Counted from the stretch's first letter, positions 36,306-45,660 are shown. The stretch is 64,000 bases of DNA from an uncultured Alphaproteobacteria bacterium (GCA_963845075.1 CAWJRE010000049.1:58047-122046), one strand, 5' to 3'. A program made the numbers and translations. The notes: a model not told the origin generated them from the letters alone.

Positions 36306-37184
36306 ATGCTCAGACCCGAAGATACCTTTGCCCCCTCCCCTGCGAGCCGCTGGCTCGTTTCGACCGAATGGCTTTCTGAACATTTGCGCGACCGCAACGT
36401 CGTCGTGGTCGACGGCAGCTTCTTCCTGCCGACGCAGCAGCGCGATGCGCATGCCGAATATCGCGACGGCCATATCCCGGGCGCTGTGTTCTTCGAAATC
36501 GAGGCGATCGCCGATCATTCGACCGAACTGCCGCACATGCTGCCGGGTCCGACGCAATTCGGCGAAGCCGCCGGCGCGCTCGGCATCGGCGATGGCGATA
36601 TTATCGTGGTGTACGACAGCATCGGCCTCTATTCGGCGCCGCGGGTGTGGTGGACCTTCCGGATCTTCGGCGCCAAGAAAGTCTGCATCCTCGATGGCGG
36701 ACTGCCGCGATGGAAAGCCGAAGGACGTCCGCTGGAAAAAGGCGAGGCGAAGCCGGCTGCGAAAAAATTCACTGCCGAGATGAATGTCGGCGCCGTGGCG
36801 ATGCTTGCGGACGTGCGCATGGCGCTGGTCGGCGACAGCGTGCAGGTGGTCGATGCGCGGCCTGCCGACCGCTTCGCCGGCAAGGCGCCCGAGCCACGGC
36901 CGGGGCTTCGATCCGGCCACATGCCGCGCTCGTTCAACGTGCCCTACGCGCGCCTTGTCGAAAATGGCCAATTGGTCTCGCGCGCCCGCATCGAGGCGGC
37001 CTTTACCGATGCCGGCGTCGATCTCGACAAGCCGGTGATTACCTCATGCGGTTCCGGCGTGACCGCGGCGATCCTGACCTTCGCGCTGGAGTCCATCGGC
37101 AAGGAGCCGAGAGGCCTTTACGACGGCTCGTGGACGGAATGGGGCTCGCGCCCGGACCTGCCGGTCGAGCGCGAAAAATCGTAG
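36306..37184 (+). CDS. sseA: 3-mercaptopyruvate sulfurtransferase (tandem rhodanese)
   Basis: 292 aa from ATG 36306 with HIPGAVFF..., APRVWWTFRIFG and active-site TSCGSGVTA. The ORF-track extension overlaps cysK. Confidence 0.85.
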   Translation: MLRPEDTFAPSPASRWLVSTEWLSEHLRDRNVVVVDGSFFLPTQQRDAHAEYRDGHIPGAVFFEIEAIADHSTELPHMLPGPTQFGEAAGALGIGDGDIIVVYDSIGLYSAPRVWWTFRIFGAKKVCILDGGLPRWKAEGRPLEKGEAKPAAKKFTAEMNVGAVAMLADVRMALVGDSVQVVDARPADRFAGKAPEPRPGLRSGHMPRSFNVPYARLVENGQLVSRARIEAAFTDAGVDLDKPVITSCGSGVTAAILTFALESIGKEPRGLYDGSWTEWGSRPDLPVEREKS

Positions 37185-37277
37185 CCCGCGTGAGCGGAGC
37201 GAGATGCGGGAACGACCAAGTCGGTCAAGCTCTGTTCCCAGATTTCGCGCACGCTCATCCGGGCTACGCTTTTCACC

Positions 37278-38768
37278 TCACGCTGCCGCCCACAGATGTT
37301 GCGCGGCGTAGGCACGCCAAGGTCGCCAAGCGTTGGCGCGGTCAAGAAGCTCCGACGAGGAATGCTTACGGCCTTCGCGGCCGGCGATCGCACGCAGAAG
37401 CCCGAGATCGGCTGCGGGAAACGCGTCGGGCTCGCGCAACTGCCGAAGCGCGATGTATTGCGCCGTCCACTCACCAACACCACGGATGGCGCGTAGCCTT
37501 TTCACCGCGTCGTCGAGCCCGCAATTGGCGTCGAACACATGCGGATCGGCAACGGCCGCCGCTGCGACCGCCGACAGCGCGGCGGCCCGGCTTCTCGGCA
37601 TGCCGAGCGAAGCGAGATCGGCGGCGGCAATGACCTCCGGCCGTGGAAAAACGTGCATCAGATGTTCGCCGGGTGATGACAGCGGCTCGCCATAGGCCGC
37701 CACCATGCGGCCGGCAAGCCGCGCAGCCGCGACCACAGTAATCTGCTGGCCAAGCACGGCACGGATCGCCAATTCGAAGCCGTCCCAGGCGCCGGGTACG
37801 CGCAAGCCCGGGCGCGCTTTCACGAGCGGCGCCAGCGTCGGATCTTTTGCAAGATGCGCGGCGATAGCCAGCGGATCGGCGCCGAGATCGAATACGCGTC
37901 GCAGCCGCGCGATGATGGTGGGCAACGCCGAGAGTTTTGGGAAACGCACGGTGGCGCGCAACGCGTTGCCGTCCACCGGCTGGACCGTGACCGTTCCCGT
38001 CAGGCCGTCGAGTTGCAGCGTGCGCGCGTAAAGCTGCACGCCGACATACTCGATGCCGGCAATCGCGCGCTGCCGCAGGAACCCGATTGTCGCCTCCCAG
38101 TCGTACGGTGGCTGATAGCGCAGCAGCAGAACAAGCTCGCCGGCAGCCGCCGTCGAAAATTCCGGCCAGGTGGTCCGGCGCAATTCGCGCGGCGAGCGGC
38201 CGAACAACTGCCGGAACGTCTCGTTGAAACGGCGAATGCTGCGGAAGCCCGCGGCGAACGCCACTTCGGTCATCGGCAGATGCGTCTCGTGGATGAGCTG
38301 TTTGGCGAGCAGCACGCGCCTTGTCTGCGCGACCGCGACCGGCGAGGCGCCGAGATGCTGCTGGAACAAGCGCCGCAACTGGCGCTCGCCGACGCCGAGG
38401 CGTCCGGCCAGTACGTCGACATCGGCCTCGTCCAGCGCTCCGTGCTCGATCAGGCTCAAGGCCCGCGATACCGTGTTCGACGTGCCGCGCCAAGCGCCGA
38501 GATCGGGCGCGGTTTCCGGCCGGCAGCGCAGGCAGGGACGGAAGCCCGCTTCCTGCGCGGCAGCCGCAGTCGGAAAAAAGATGACGTTCTTCGACAGCGG
38601 CGTGCGTGCCGGACAAATCGGGCGGCAGTAGATTCCGGTCGTCTTGACGCCGCTGAAGAAGCGGCCATCAAAACGGGCATCGCGCTGGCAGACGGCGCGG
38701 TAGCAGGCTTCGTGATCGAGCTCCAAAGAAACCGGCTGCGCAGGCTGCTTGATGCGACGGTGCTTCAT
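37278..38768 (-). CDS. Ada-type regulator fused to DNA-3-methyladenine glycosylase II (Ada Zn-domain + AraC HTH + AlkA)
   Basis: 496 aa. N-terminus has RFDGRFFSGVKTTGIYCRPICPAR...CLRCRP, followed by an AraC-type HTH and then a HhH-GPD-like C-terminal half. Confidence 0.85.
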   Translation of the reverse strand: MKHRRIKQPAQPVSLELDHEACYRAVCQRDARFDGRFFSGVKTTGIYCRPICPARTPLSKNVIFFPTAAAAQEAGFRPCLRCRPETAPDLGAWRGTSNTVSRALSLIEHGALDEADVDVLAGRLGVGERQLRRLFQQHLGASPVAVAQTRRVLLAKQLIHETHLPMTEVAFAAGFRSIRRFNETFRQLFGRSPRELRRTTWPEFSTAAAGELVLLLRYQPPYDWEATIGFLRQRAIAGIEYVGVQLYARTLQLDGLTGTVTVQPVDGNALRATVRFPKLSALPTIIARLRRVFDLGADPLAIAAHLAKDPTLAPLVKARPGLRVPGAWDGFELAIRAVLGQQITVVAAARLAGRMVAAYGEPLSSPGEHLMHVFPRPEVIAAADLASLGMPRSRAAALSAVAAAAVADPHVFDANCGLDDAVKRLRAIRGVGEWTAQYIALRQLREPDAFPAADLGLLRAIAGREGRKHSSSELLDRANAWRPWRAYAAQHLWAAA

Positions 38769-38946
38769 TGATCGTGTCTTGATCTAATTTCTCGCGGCGA
38801 CTTGGAGGCAGCCTGATCTGCTCGTTGCCTTTCGTCTAGCGGTTTTCGGACATGAACGTCGCCGGCAAAGCTTCGGGATGGAGATGTCCGAAAAGCGCTA
38901 GATTCGCCTCGACGATTAGGCGATACCGGTCGCCGGATCGGAACCG

Positions 38947-39504
38947 ATGAGCGCCACGCAGACATTTTTCGTCGAGCATCTTGAAACACCGACAGGCCGG
39001 ATGCGTCTCGTCAGCGATGACGCGCAGCGGCTGCGCGCGATCGATTGGGACGACTGCGAAGCGCGCATGCAGGACCTTCTGCTTCGCTATTACGGTCCGA
39101 GCGCGGTGACGCTCCGCGAGGCCTCGCGGCCTTCGCATGCAGCGCATGCGGTCGCCGCTTACTTTGACGGCGATCTCGATGCCATTGCCGATCTCGTGAC
39201 CGAAACAAACGGCACGCCCTTCCAGCACACTGTCTGGGCCGCGCTCCGCCGCATCCCGGCCGGCCGCACGACAAGCTACGGCGCGCTTGCTGCCGCGATC
39301 GGACAGCCGAAGGCGATACGCGCGGTCGGATCGGCGAATGGCGCCAATCCCATCGCCATCGTTGTGCCGTGCCATCGGGTGATCGGCGCAAACGCGTCGT
39401 TGACAGGCTATGGCGGCGGGCTCCATCGCAAGCGCTGGCTGCTTGCGCATGAGCGGGGTGAGCGGCCGCTCTTCGAGGAAGTTCCGCGGGCGGCCGCGCA
39501 ATAA
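38947..39504 (+). CDS. ogt: methylated-DNA--protein-cysteine methyltransferase
   Basis: 185 aa with active-site PCHRV and TPFQHTVWAALRRIPAGRTTSYG. Confidence 0.9.
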   Translation: MSATQTFFVEHLETPTGRMRLVSDDAQRLRAIDWDDCEARMQDLLLRYYGPSAVTLREASRPSHAAHAVAAYFDGDLDAIADLVTETNGTPFQHTVWAALRRIPAGRTTSYGALAAAIGQPKAIRAVGSANGANPIAIVVPCHRVIGANASLTGYGGGLHRKRWLLAHERGERPLFEEVPRAAAQ

Positions 39505-39738
39505 GTTCGGGAACGCGCGGCGGCCGAACCGCCTGGCTCGTCGGCCATCCTCGACTTGGCGCAATCGGCGCGCCATTAACAACTGTAAATGACAAGAAAT
39601 GCTAAGCTTGACCTAGATCAAGGGCAGGCGCCGCCCACTCTGCCCTAGTTCGCGGCCTTCGCGCCGCTGGCGGACGCAAGCGTGCTCGACTCGCGCGAGG
39701 ACCGGCTGGTCCGGAAATGAACGGAGCGGAAGAGACCG

Positions 39739-41193
39739 ATGGTCAATAACAGCAACTCCCGCTTCGCCGCCGCGTACGGAACGGCGCGCATCCTTGTGCT
39801 CTCTCTTGTTGCCTGCGCGTTCGCCGCATCGGTTGCAGTGTCTCCCGCGCAAGCAGCAGAGGTCGATGCCTTGGGCGCGCCGGCGCCGATCGGCTTTGCC
39901 GACGTCATCGAACGCGTGAAGCCCGCCGTCGTCGGCGTCCGCGTCAAGGTCGCCGACACAGCTCCGGCGGACGACGCCCAGCGGCGACCCTCCGATGCCC
40001 CTGCGCGCAAATTTGGCACGCCGCCTCCCCCTCAAGACAAATCCGTCCCCGATTCCAACATCTCGCTCGGGTCGGGATTTTTCGTCTCGGGCGACGGTTA
40101 TGTCCTCACCAACAATCACGTCGTCGCCAATGGCATCAGCTTTGAAGTGACGACCGACAGCGGCAAGACCTATCAGGCCAAGGTCGTCGGCACCGACCCG
40201 CAAACGGATTTGGCGTTGCTGAAGGTGAGCGCCAGCACCGAGTTTGCCTATGTGCGATTTGCCACAGGCTTGCCGCGCGTCGGCGACTGGGTGTTGGCGG
40301 TCGGAAATCCGTTCGGATTGGGCGGCACGGTGACGGCCGGAATTGTTTCGGCGCGCGGGCGCGACATCGGCGAAGGTCCCTATGACGACTTCATTCAGAT
40401 CGATGCGCCGGTCAATGTCGGAAATTCGGGCGGGCCGACTTTCAACGTCAAAGGCGAAGTGATCGGCGTCAACACCGCGATCTTCTCGCCGTCGGGCGGA
40501 TCGGTCGGCGTCGCCTTCGATATCCCCGCGGACACGGTCAAATTCGTCGTCCAGCAGATCAAGGAAAAGGGCCAGGTCACGCGCGGCTGGATCGGCGTGC
40601 AAATTCAGACGCTGTCTCCGGCGATTGCCGACGCCTTGGCCCTCAAAAGCACCGATGGTGCGCTCGTCGCGCAGGTCGAGCCCAACAGTCCGGCCGCCAA
40701 GGCCGGCGTCGAGATCGGCGATGTCATCAATATCGTCAACGGGGAAGCGGTAAAGGATTCGCGCGAACTGGCGCGGCGGATCGCCGCCATGGCGCCCGGC
40801 ACGGTGACGAAATTCGGCGTCTTGCGCGCCGGACAGGAGAAGACAGTCACGGTGACACTGGGCAAGCTTCCGCGAACCTCGGCGGAAGCCAGGGGCGAGG
40901 AGGTGAAGCCGCGCGAGGCACCGGTGCTTGGTCTGACACTTGCGCCGGCGAGTGCGCTCGTGGGCGCCGGCTCTCCGGGCGTGGTGATCACCGAAATCGA
41001 CCCTAATGGCCATGCCGCCGAAAGCGGCCTGCAAACGGGCGACATTATCTTGGACGTCGGCCGCCGCGGCGTGAATACGCCGGCCGAAGTGCGCAAGTTT
41101 GTGGACGAGGCCCGTGGGCAATCGAAAAAGAGCGTGCTGCTGCGCGTCATGCGCGGCGACATGGTGGTCTTCGCTGCCGTTCCCATCGGCTAG
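39739..41193 (+). CDS. degP: DegP/HtrA (Do) family periplasmic serine endoprotease with two PDZ domains
   Basis: 484 aa with a signal peptide. It carries GSGFFVSGDGYVLTNNHVV, DLALLKV and GNSGGP catalytic motifs. Confidence 0.9.
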   Translation: MVNNSNSRFAAAYGTARILVLSLVACAFAASVAVSPAQAAEVDALGAPAPIGFADVIERVKPAVVGVRVKVADTAPADDAQRRPSDAPARKFGTPPPPQDKSVPDSNISLGSGFFVSGDGYVLTNNHVVANGISFEVTTDSGKTYQAKVVGTDPQTDLALLKVSASTEFAYVRFATGLPRVGDWVLAVGNPFGLGGTVTAGIVSARGRDIGEGPYDDFIQIDAPVNVGNSGGPTFNVKGEVIGVNTAIFSPSGGSVGVAFDIPADTVKFVVQQIKEKGQVTRGWIGVQIQTLSPAIADALALKSTDGALVAQVEPNSPAAKAGVEIGDVINIVNGEAVKDSRELARRIAAMAPGTVTKFGVLRAGQEKTVTVTLGKLPRTSAEARGEEVKPREAPVLGLTLAPASALVGAGSPGVVITEIDPNGHAAESGLQTGDIILDVGRRGVNTPAEVRKFVDEARGQSKKSVLLRVMRGDMVVFAAVPIG

Positions 41194-41272
41194 ACGCGCT
41201 GGACGTGCGCCGGCGCCCGTTTCGCGATAACCTCTCAACACATAGAGCAATCATCGACGATCGGAGCGACAC

Positions 41273-41518
41273 ATGCTTTTGCTGAAGCCGGGCTGCGAAT
41301 GCTGCGATATCGATTTGCCGCCGGACTCGCATGACGCGATGATTTGCTCGTTCGAATGCACGTTCTGTCGTTCCTGCGCGGAAGGCGTCCTCAAGGGCCG
41401 CTGCCCGAATTGCGGCGGCGAATTGCTGCGGCGGCCGGTCCGGCCGGCGGCGAAGCTCGCCAAGTTCCCGGCCTCGCGCGAGCGCGTGTTCAAACCGGAG
41501 GGCTGCCTGCCCCGATGA
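41273..41518 (+). CDS. DUF1272-like zinc-ribbon protein
   Basis: 81 aa with CECCDIDLPPDS...ICSFECTFCRSC...CPNCGGELLRRP. Confidence 0.75.
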   Translation: MLLLKPGCECCDIDLPPDSHDAMICSFECTFCRSCAEGVLKGRCPNCGGELLRRPVRPAAKLAKFPASRERVFKPEGCLPR

Positions 41519-41594
41519 GGGCGGCCGGACGATTCGCTCCAATTCCCGCAAATCCGCAACCGGTGTACAATATGCAGCCAAAAAGCGGGAAGCG

Positions 41595-42638
41595 ATGATG
41601 ATCTTTCGCCAGCTCTTCGACAGCACGTCCGGCACCTACACTTATCTGCTCGCCAGCCGGCATGGCGGCGAGGCGCTGATCATCGATCCCGTCATCGAGC
41701 GCATCGATCGTTATCTGCAGCTTGTTCGCGAGCTCGACCTAAAGCTCGTCAAGGCCGTCGATACCCATTTGCACGCCGACCATGTCACGGGGCTGGGCGC
41801 GCTTCGGGACCGCACCCATTGCGTCACAGTGATGGGCGAGCACACCAAGGCCGACGTGGTCTCCATGCGGGTCACCGAGGGAGACCGCGTTCAGATCGAG
41901 GGATTGAGCCTCGACGTGCTCTACACGCCCGGGCACACCGACGATTCCTACTCCTTTCTGCTCGACGATCGCGTGTTCACCGGCGACACGTTGCTCATTC
42001 GCGGCACCGGCCGCACCGATTTCCAGAACGGCGACCCGCGTGCGCAGTACGATTCCATCTTCAACAAGCTGCTGAAGCTGCCTGACGAGACTCTGGTCTT
42101 TCCGGCGCACGACTATAAGGGCGAGACGGTCTCGACCATCGGCGAAGAAAAATTCTTCAATCCGCGGCTCAGGGTGAAGTCGGTCGACGAATACGCCGAT
42201 CTGATGAACAACCTGAAACTGCCTAATCCGAAAATGATGGACGTCGCCGTTCCCGCCAATATGCGCGTCGGCTTGCGCCAGGAGGAGATTGCCAGCAAGG
42301 GCTGGTCCGTGTCGGCGGCCGATGCGATTGCGCTGTGCGGTCGTCCGGGCGTGATCATGGTCGACCTCCGCGAAAAAACCGAACGCGAGAAGCACGGCGT
42401 CATCCCCGGCTCGCTCCATGCGCCATATCCAGCCCTGGAAGCCAATGTCGGCCCCGGCGGCATGCTGCATGAACTCGCGGCCGCGACCGGCAGACGCATC
42501 GTGTTTTATTGTGCGTACGGCGAGCGCTCGGCAATGGCGGTGCAAGCCGCGCAGGACGCTGGCGTCACTTCGGCCTGCCACATCGAGGGCGGCATTGCCG
42601 CCTGGAAGAAAGCCGATGGGCCGCTGGCGCGGCCGTAA
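41595..42638 (+). CDS. persulfide dioxygenase (ETHE1-like MBL fold) fused to a rhodanese domain
   Basis: 347 aa with DTHLHADHVTG, TPGHTDDS and RTDFQNGD motifs, then a C-terminal rhodanese-like domain (FYCAYGERS). Confidence 0.85.
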   Translation: MMIFRQLFDSTSGTYTYLLASRHGGEALIIDPVIERIDRYLQLVRELDLKLVKAVDTHLHADHVTGLGALRDRTHCVTVMGEHTKADVVSMRVTEGDRVQIEGLSLDVLYTPGHTDDSYSFLLDDRVFTGDTLLIRGTGRTDFQNGDPRAQYDSIFNKLLKLPDETLVFPAHDYKGETVSTIGEEKFFNPRLRVKSVDEYADLMNNLKLPNPKMMDVAVPANMRVGLRQEEIASKGWSVSAADAIALCGRPGVIMVDLREKTEREKHGVIPGSLHAPYPALEANVGPGGMLHELAAATGRRIVFYCAYGERSAMAVQAAQDAGVTSACHIEGGIAAWKKADGPLARP

Positions 42639-42645
42639 GGCTTAA

Positions 42646-42717
42646 AGCACGATCCGGAAAAGTGGGTACCGGTTTTCCGAAAAGCATGCCCTCGCGCTCG
42701 ACCCGAGGGATCATGCT
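42646..42717. repeat. composite palindromic intergenic repeat (REP-like)
   Basis: Outer arms AGCACGATCC/GGATCATGCT. Inner hairpins CGGAAAA...TTTTCCG and CCCTCG...CGAGGG. It lies between convergent genes. Confidence 0.6.
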
Positions 42718-42761
42718 CCCACCAAAGATCTAACCCATTGTGACTGCTACGAGCCCGGCCG

Positions 42762-43202
42762 TTACTTCACGTCGATCGTGACCACCGGCGAGACAATCGG
42801 CGGATTGAACGGAACGTGCGACCAGTCGCCGAGCACGAGCTGCAGCGTGTGACGGCCCGGCGTAAGCGTCAGCGTTGTTTCCGTCTGTCCGCCGCCAAAG
42901 TGCAGATGATGATCGTCAGCCGGAATTGGCTCTTTCGCCTGCTCAGGCGTGAGCGTTGCGTCGATCAGAAGATGATGATGGCCGGTATTCTGCTTTTCCA
43001 CGCCGGCCGGCGCGACGCCCATTCCGCTCAGGCCGAACTGAATTTTGAAGGGGCCCTTCACCGCATCGCCGTCCTTCAAATTGATGAAATAAACCACCGC
43101 GTTGGGCGGTGCTGCCGTCTCCGCATTCGCCGCCGCGGCAGCGGCAATTGTCAGCGACAAAAGCAGGATGTGACGAAGGGCCGATTTTAAATTGGGGGTC
43201 AT
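42762..43202 (-). CDS. DUF4399-like periplasmic protein
   Basis: 146 aa from ATG 43202 with a signal peptide. It contains GHHHLLID and DDHHLHFGGGQTE. Confidence 0.75.
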   Translation of the reverse strand: MTPNLKSALRHILLLSLTIAAAAAANAETAAPPNAVVYFINLKDGDAVKGPFKIQFGLSGMGVAPAGVEKQNTGHHHLLIDATLTPEQAKEPIPADDHHLHFGGGQTETTLTLTPGRHTLQLVLGDWSHVPFNPPIVSPVVTIDVK

Positions 43203-43446
43203 GGTGTGCTCAATCCTTTTCGCGGTTGATCTTAGCCCAAGTCGCGCTTGATATTGCCGGAATTGCGTCACTACGCTTCGGAACTCCCCATTATAGCCTT
43301 TGATTTTTGCGATCCGGCGAACTCCTGCTCGACCCGGCACATGCGTGGGGTCTGGCACACATGCGAAAGCCGCAAGGGTGACCCTGCGGCTTCCGGCTTG
43401 GCGCTCGCGACCACCTACCAAACAGCGAGCGTTATGTCGTTGAGAG

Positions 43447-44088
43447 CTAGAGCTCCGAGTCCTGCCCTTCGTCCATCATGCGGTGCATGCCGCCCTGCCC
43501 ACCGTCATCCTCGCCGAAATGGCGCCAATGGTGTCGCCACATCGGGCCGCCATCGTCATGCCCGTCGCGCCAGCCATGCCCCTCCGAGCCTTCCAGGTAG
43601 CGCACGCGCCAATGATGGTGCGGGCGCAGCAGCCACGCGAGCTTTTGAAACCGCGCCTTCTGCGCGTCGTCCAGGCTGGTATAGAGAGGCTTGCCAGTCT
43701 CGGCGATGTGCTTGAGGGCTGCGCTTGCCTTGGCCATGTTGTCGGCGCGCTGTGCCAGCCGGTCGAACGGCGCGCTAGGCGCTTTATCGGGATTCTGTTC
43801 CGCCGCTTCGCGCGCGGCGATTCGCTCAGTGCGCAACTGCGCCATGTCGCGCAAAGCCTTCTCGAAGTCCGGCCAGTTCTTGGCCTGATCGGGCGTGAGC
43901 TCGAGACCGGCCCTGAGTGCGGCAATGCGGGCGTCGACGAACGCCGCCCGGTCCTCCGGGCTCAGCCGATGCCGATGCTCAAAACGTTGGCCGTCTCGAT
44001 CCGGCCCGCCGAAATGCTGTTGGGCATAGACGATTGACGAGCCCGCGACGGCCAAGGCTGCCGCCGCAACGACTACTGGCTTCCACAT
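43447..44088 (-). CDS. Spy/CpxP/ZraP-family periplasmic protein with His/Met/Asp-rich C-terminal tail
   Basis: 213 aa with GGAGGAG as RBS and a signal peptide. LTPDQ and LDDAQ (LTXXQ-type) motifs, and the tail HHHWRVRYLEGSEGHGWRDGHDDGGPMWRHHWRHFGEDDGGQGGMHRMMDEG. Confidence 0.75.
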   Translation of the reverse strand: MWKPVVVAAAALAVAGSSIVYAQQHFGGPDRDGQRFEHRHRLSPEDRAAFVDARIAALRAGLELTPDQAKNWPDFEKALRDMAQLRTERIAAREAAEQNPDKAPSAPFDRLAQRADNMAKASAALKHIAETGKPLYTSLDDAQKARFQKLAWLLRPHHHWRVRYLEGSEGHGWRDGHDDGGPMWRHHWRHFGEDDGGQGGMHRMMDEGQDSEL

Positions 44089-44460
44089 GCTCTCCTCCGG
44101 GATCTGCTGCGACGAGGGTTACGATGTGAAGCCAGATAGAAATCCGGTGCGGCCGTTCCTTCAAGTTAAAGTTCGGTGAGAAGCCCCGCGCGCGCATTAA
44201 AGCTGCGTAATGTTGTGTCGAAGGACTGCGCATCTGTGACGGCTTCGTAACTTCGCCGCCGCAATTCCGCCGCGTTGTTGGAGCGCGCGCCACCAGTGTT
44301 GGTGTGAGCAGCCGACAGGCGACAGCCGCGGGGGGCTCCACCGGCGAAGCCCTCGGCCGGGAGCCCACCAATCAACGCTGGTATCGCTTTACGCATCATT
44401 AACGGTAACAAAGTACAAATGCAGGCAAGAGTGAGCCTGGTCTAAGATAGGTATTGTGCC

Positions 44461-45579
44461 ATGTCTGCTATCACCTTGAGTCAGGGAATTCGGCAAAATC
44501 TGCTTTCGTTGCAAGATACCGCCGCCAATCTCACAACGACGCAAGAGCATCTTGCGACCGGCAAGAAGATCAACACCGCCTTCGACAATCCGACCAGCTA
44601 TTTCCAGTCGCAGTCGTTGAACAACCGCGCCAACGACCTGAGCGCATTGCTCGATCAGATCGGACAGGGCGCGCAAACGCTTGAAGCCGCCAACAACGGC
44701 CTCACCAGCTTGACCAGCTTGCTTGAGCAAGCCCTGTCGGCCGTGCAGCAGGCCCAACAGGCCCAAAACAACACCGCCGGCTCGACCACCGGCACCGTCA
44801 ATCTGACCGGCAATACGCTCGCTGCCGGCAACCTTTTGATCGCGGCGAGCGGCGTGACTTACACCGTGTCGATCGCAGCAAGCGCCTCACTGAGCTCGAT
44901 CGAGGCGGCTATCAACGGCACCTCCGGCCTCGGCAGCTCGGGCGCCGTGTCGGCAACCGACGACGGCAGCGGTCACCTGGTGCTCGCCGCCAGCAACCCC
45001 AACACCAGCTTCACGCTCTCCGGCGCCGATCAATCGGCGTTCGGCCTCGCCGCCACCGCCGTCACCGGAACAAGCACCACGCGCGCCACGCTGCAAGGCA
45101 ACTACAACGCCCTGCTCTCCCAGATCGATCAACTGGCTGGAGACGCTTCCTACAACGGCGTCAACCTGCTCGCCGGAAATAATCTGCAAGTGCTCTTCAA
45201 CGAGAACGGGACGAGCTCGCTGAACATCGCCGGCGTAAACTTCAACAGCGCAGGCCTTGGCCTTTCGACAATCGCCGCCGGCGGATTCCAGAGCGGCGCA
45301 ACCATCACGGCGACAGAGGCCGCGATTAATAGCGCGATCGGCAACGTACGCGCGCAGACTGAAACGTTCGGCACCAACTCCTCGACGATCCAAACCCGCC
45401 AGGATTTCGAGAAGAACATGATCAACACGCTGCAGACCGGCGCGAGCAACCTTGTTCTCGCGGACCAGAATCAGGAGAGCGCCAACCTGCTGACCCTGCA
45501 AACCCGGCAGCAGCTGGAAGTCTCGGCACTGTCGATCGCCAACCAAGCGAATCAATCCGTGCTCAAATTGTTCCCGTAA
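44461..45579 (+). CDS. divergent flagellin-like protein (flagellin-type N- and C-terminal helices, Ala/Gly/Ser/Thr-rich centre)
   Basis: 372 aa. N-terminus NLLSLQDTAANLTTTQEHLATGKKINTAFDNP and C-terminus ADQNQESANLLTLQTRQQLEVSALSIANQANQSVLKLF. There are no other flagellar genes in the window. Confidence 0.6.
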   Translation: MSAITLSQGIRQNLLSLQDTAANLTTTQEHLATGKKINTAFDNPTSYFQSQSLNNRANDLSALLDQIGQGAQTLEAANNGLTSLTSLLEQALSAVQQAQQAQNNTAGSTTGTVNLTGNTLAAGNLLIAASGVTYTVSIAASASLSSIEAAINGTSGLGSSGAVSATDDGSGHLVLAASNPNTSFTLSGADQSAFGLAATAVTGTSTTRATLQGNYNALLSQIDQLAGDASYNGVNLLAGNNLQVLFNENGTSSLNIAGVNFNSAGLGLSTIAAGGFQSGATITATEAAINSAIGNVRAQTETFGTNSSTIQTRQDFEKNMINTLQTGASNLVLADQNQESANLLTLQTRQQLEVSALSIANQANQSVLKLFP

Positions 45580-45625
45580 GTTCTGGAGCAGGCCTGCAAG
45601 GTACCCTTCTGGCGGGTCTACAAAG

Positions 45626-45660
45626 GCGGCGGGGCGAAAGTCCCGCCGCTATTTATTTCA
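45626..45660 (+). terminator. Rho-independent terminator after the flagellin-like gene
   Basis: Stem GCGGCGGG/CCCGCCGC with an 8-nt loop, followed by TATTTATTT. Confidence 0.65.

Noticed and set aside
39505-39738. Extracytoplasmic-function sigma (GGAAC-N16-17-CGTT) promoter upstream of degP
   Set aside because: GGAAC is present at 39512-39516 but there is no matching -10 element at the expected spacing.
39613-41250. 545-aa minus-strand ORF opposite degP. Similar long antisense ORFs occur at 33761-35164, 23495-24649, 26309-27133, 45910-47478, 56428-57660 and 58147-59712.
   Set aside because: All lie fully inside genes that have strong family motifs on the other strand. Their translations are low-complexity and Arg/Ala/Gly-rich, so they are not treated as genes.
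44089-44460. Sigma-54 (TGGCAC-N5-TTGC) or sigma-28 promoter upstream of the flagellin-like gene
   Set aside because: No acceptable match to either consensus could be found by eye in the 370-bp upstream region.
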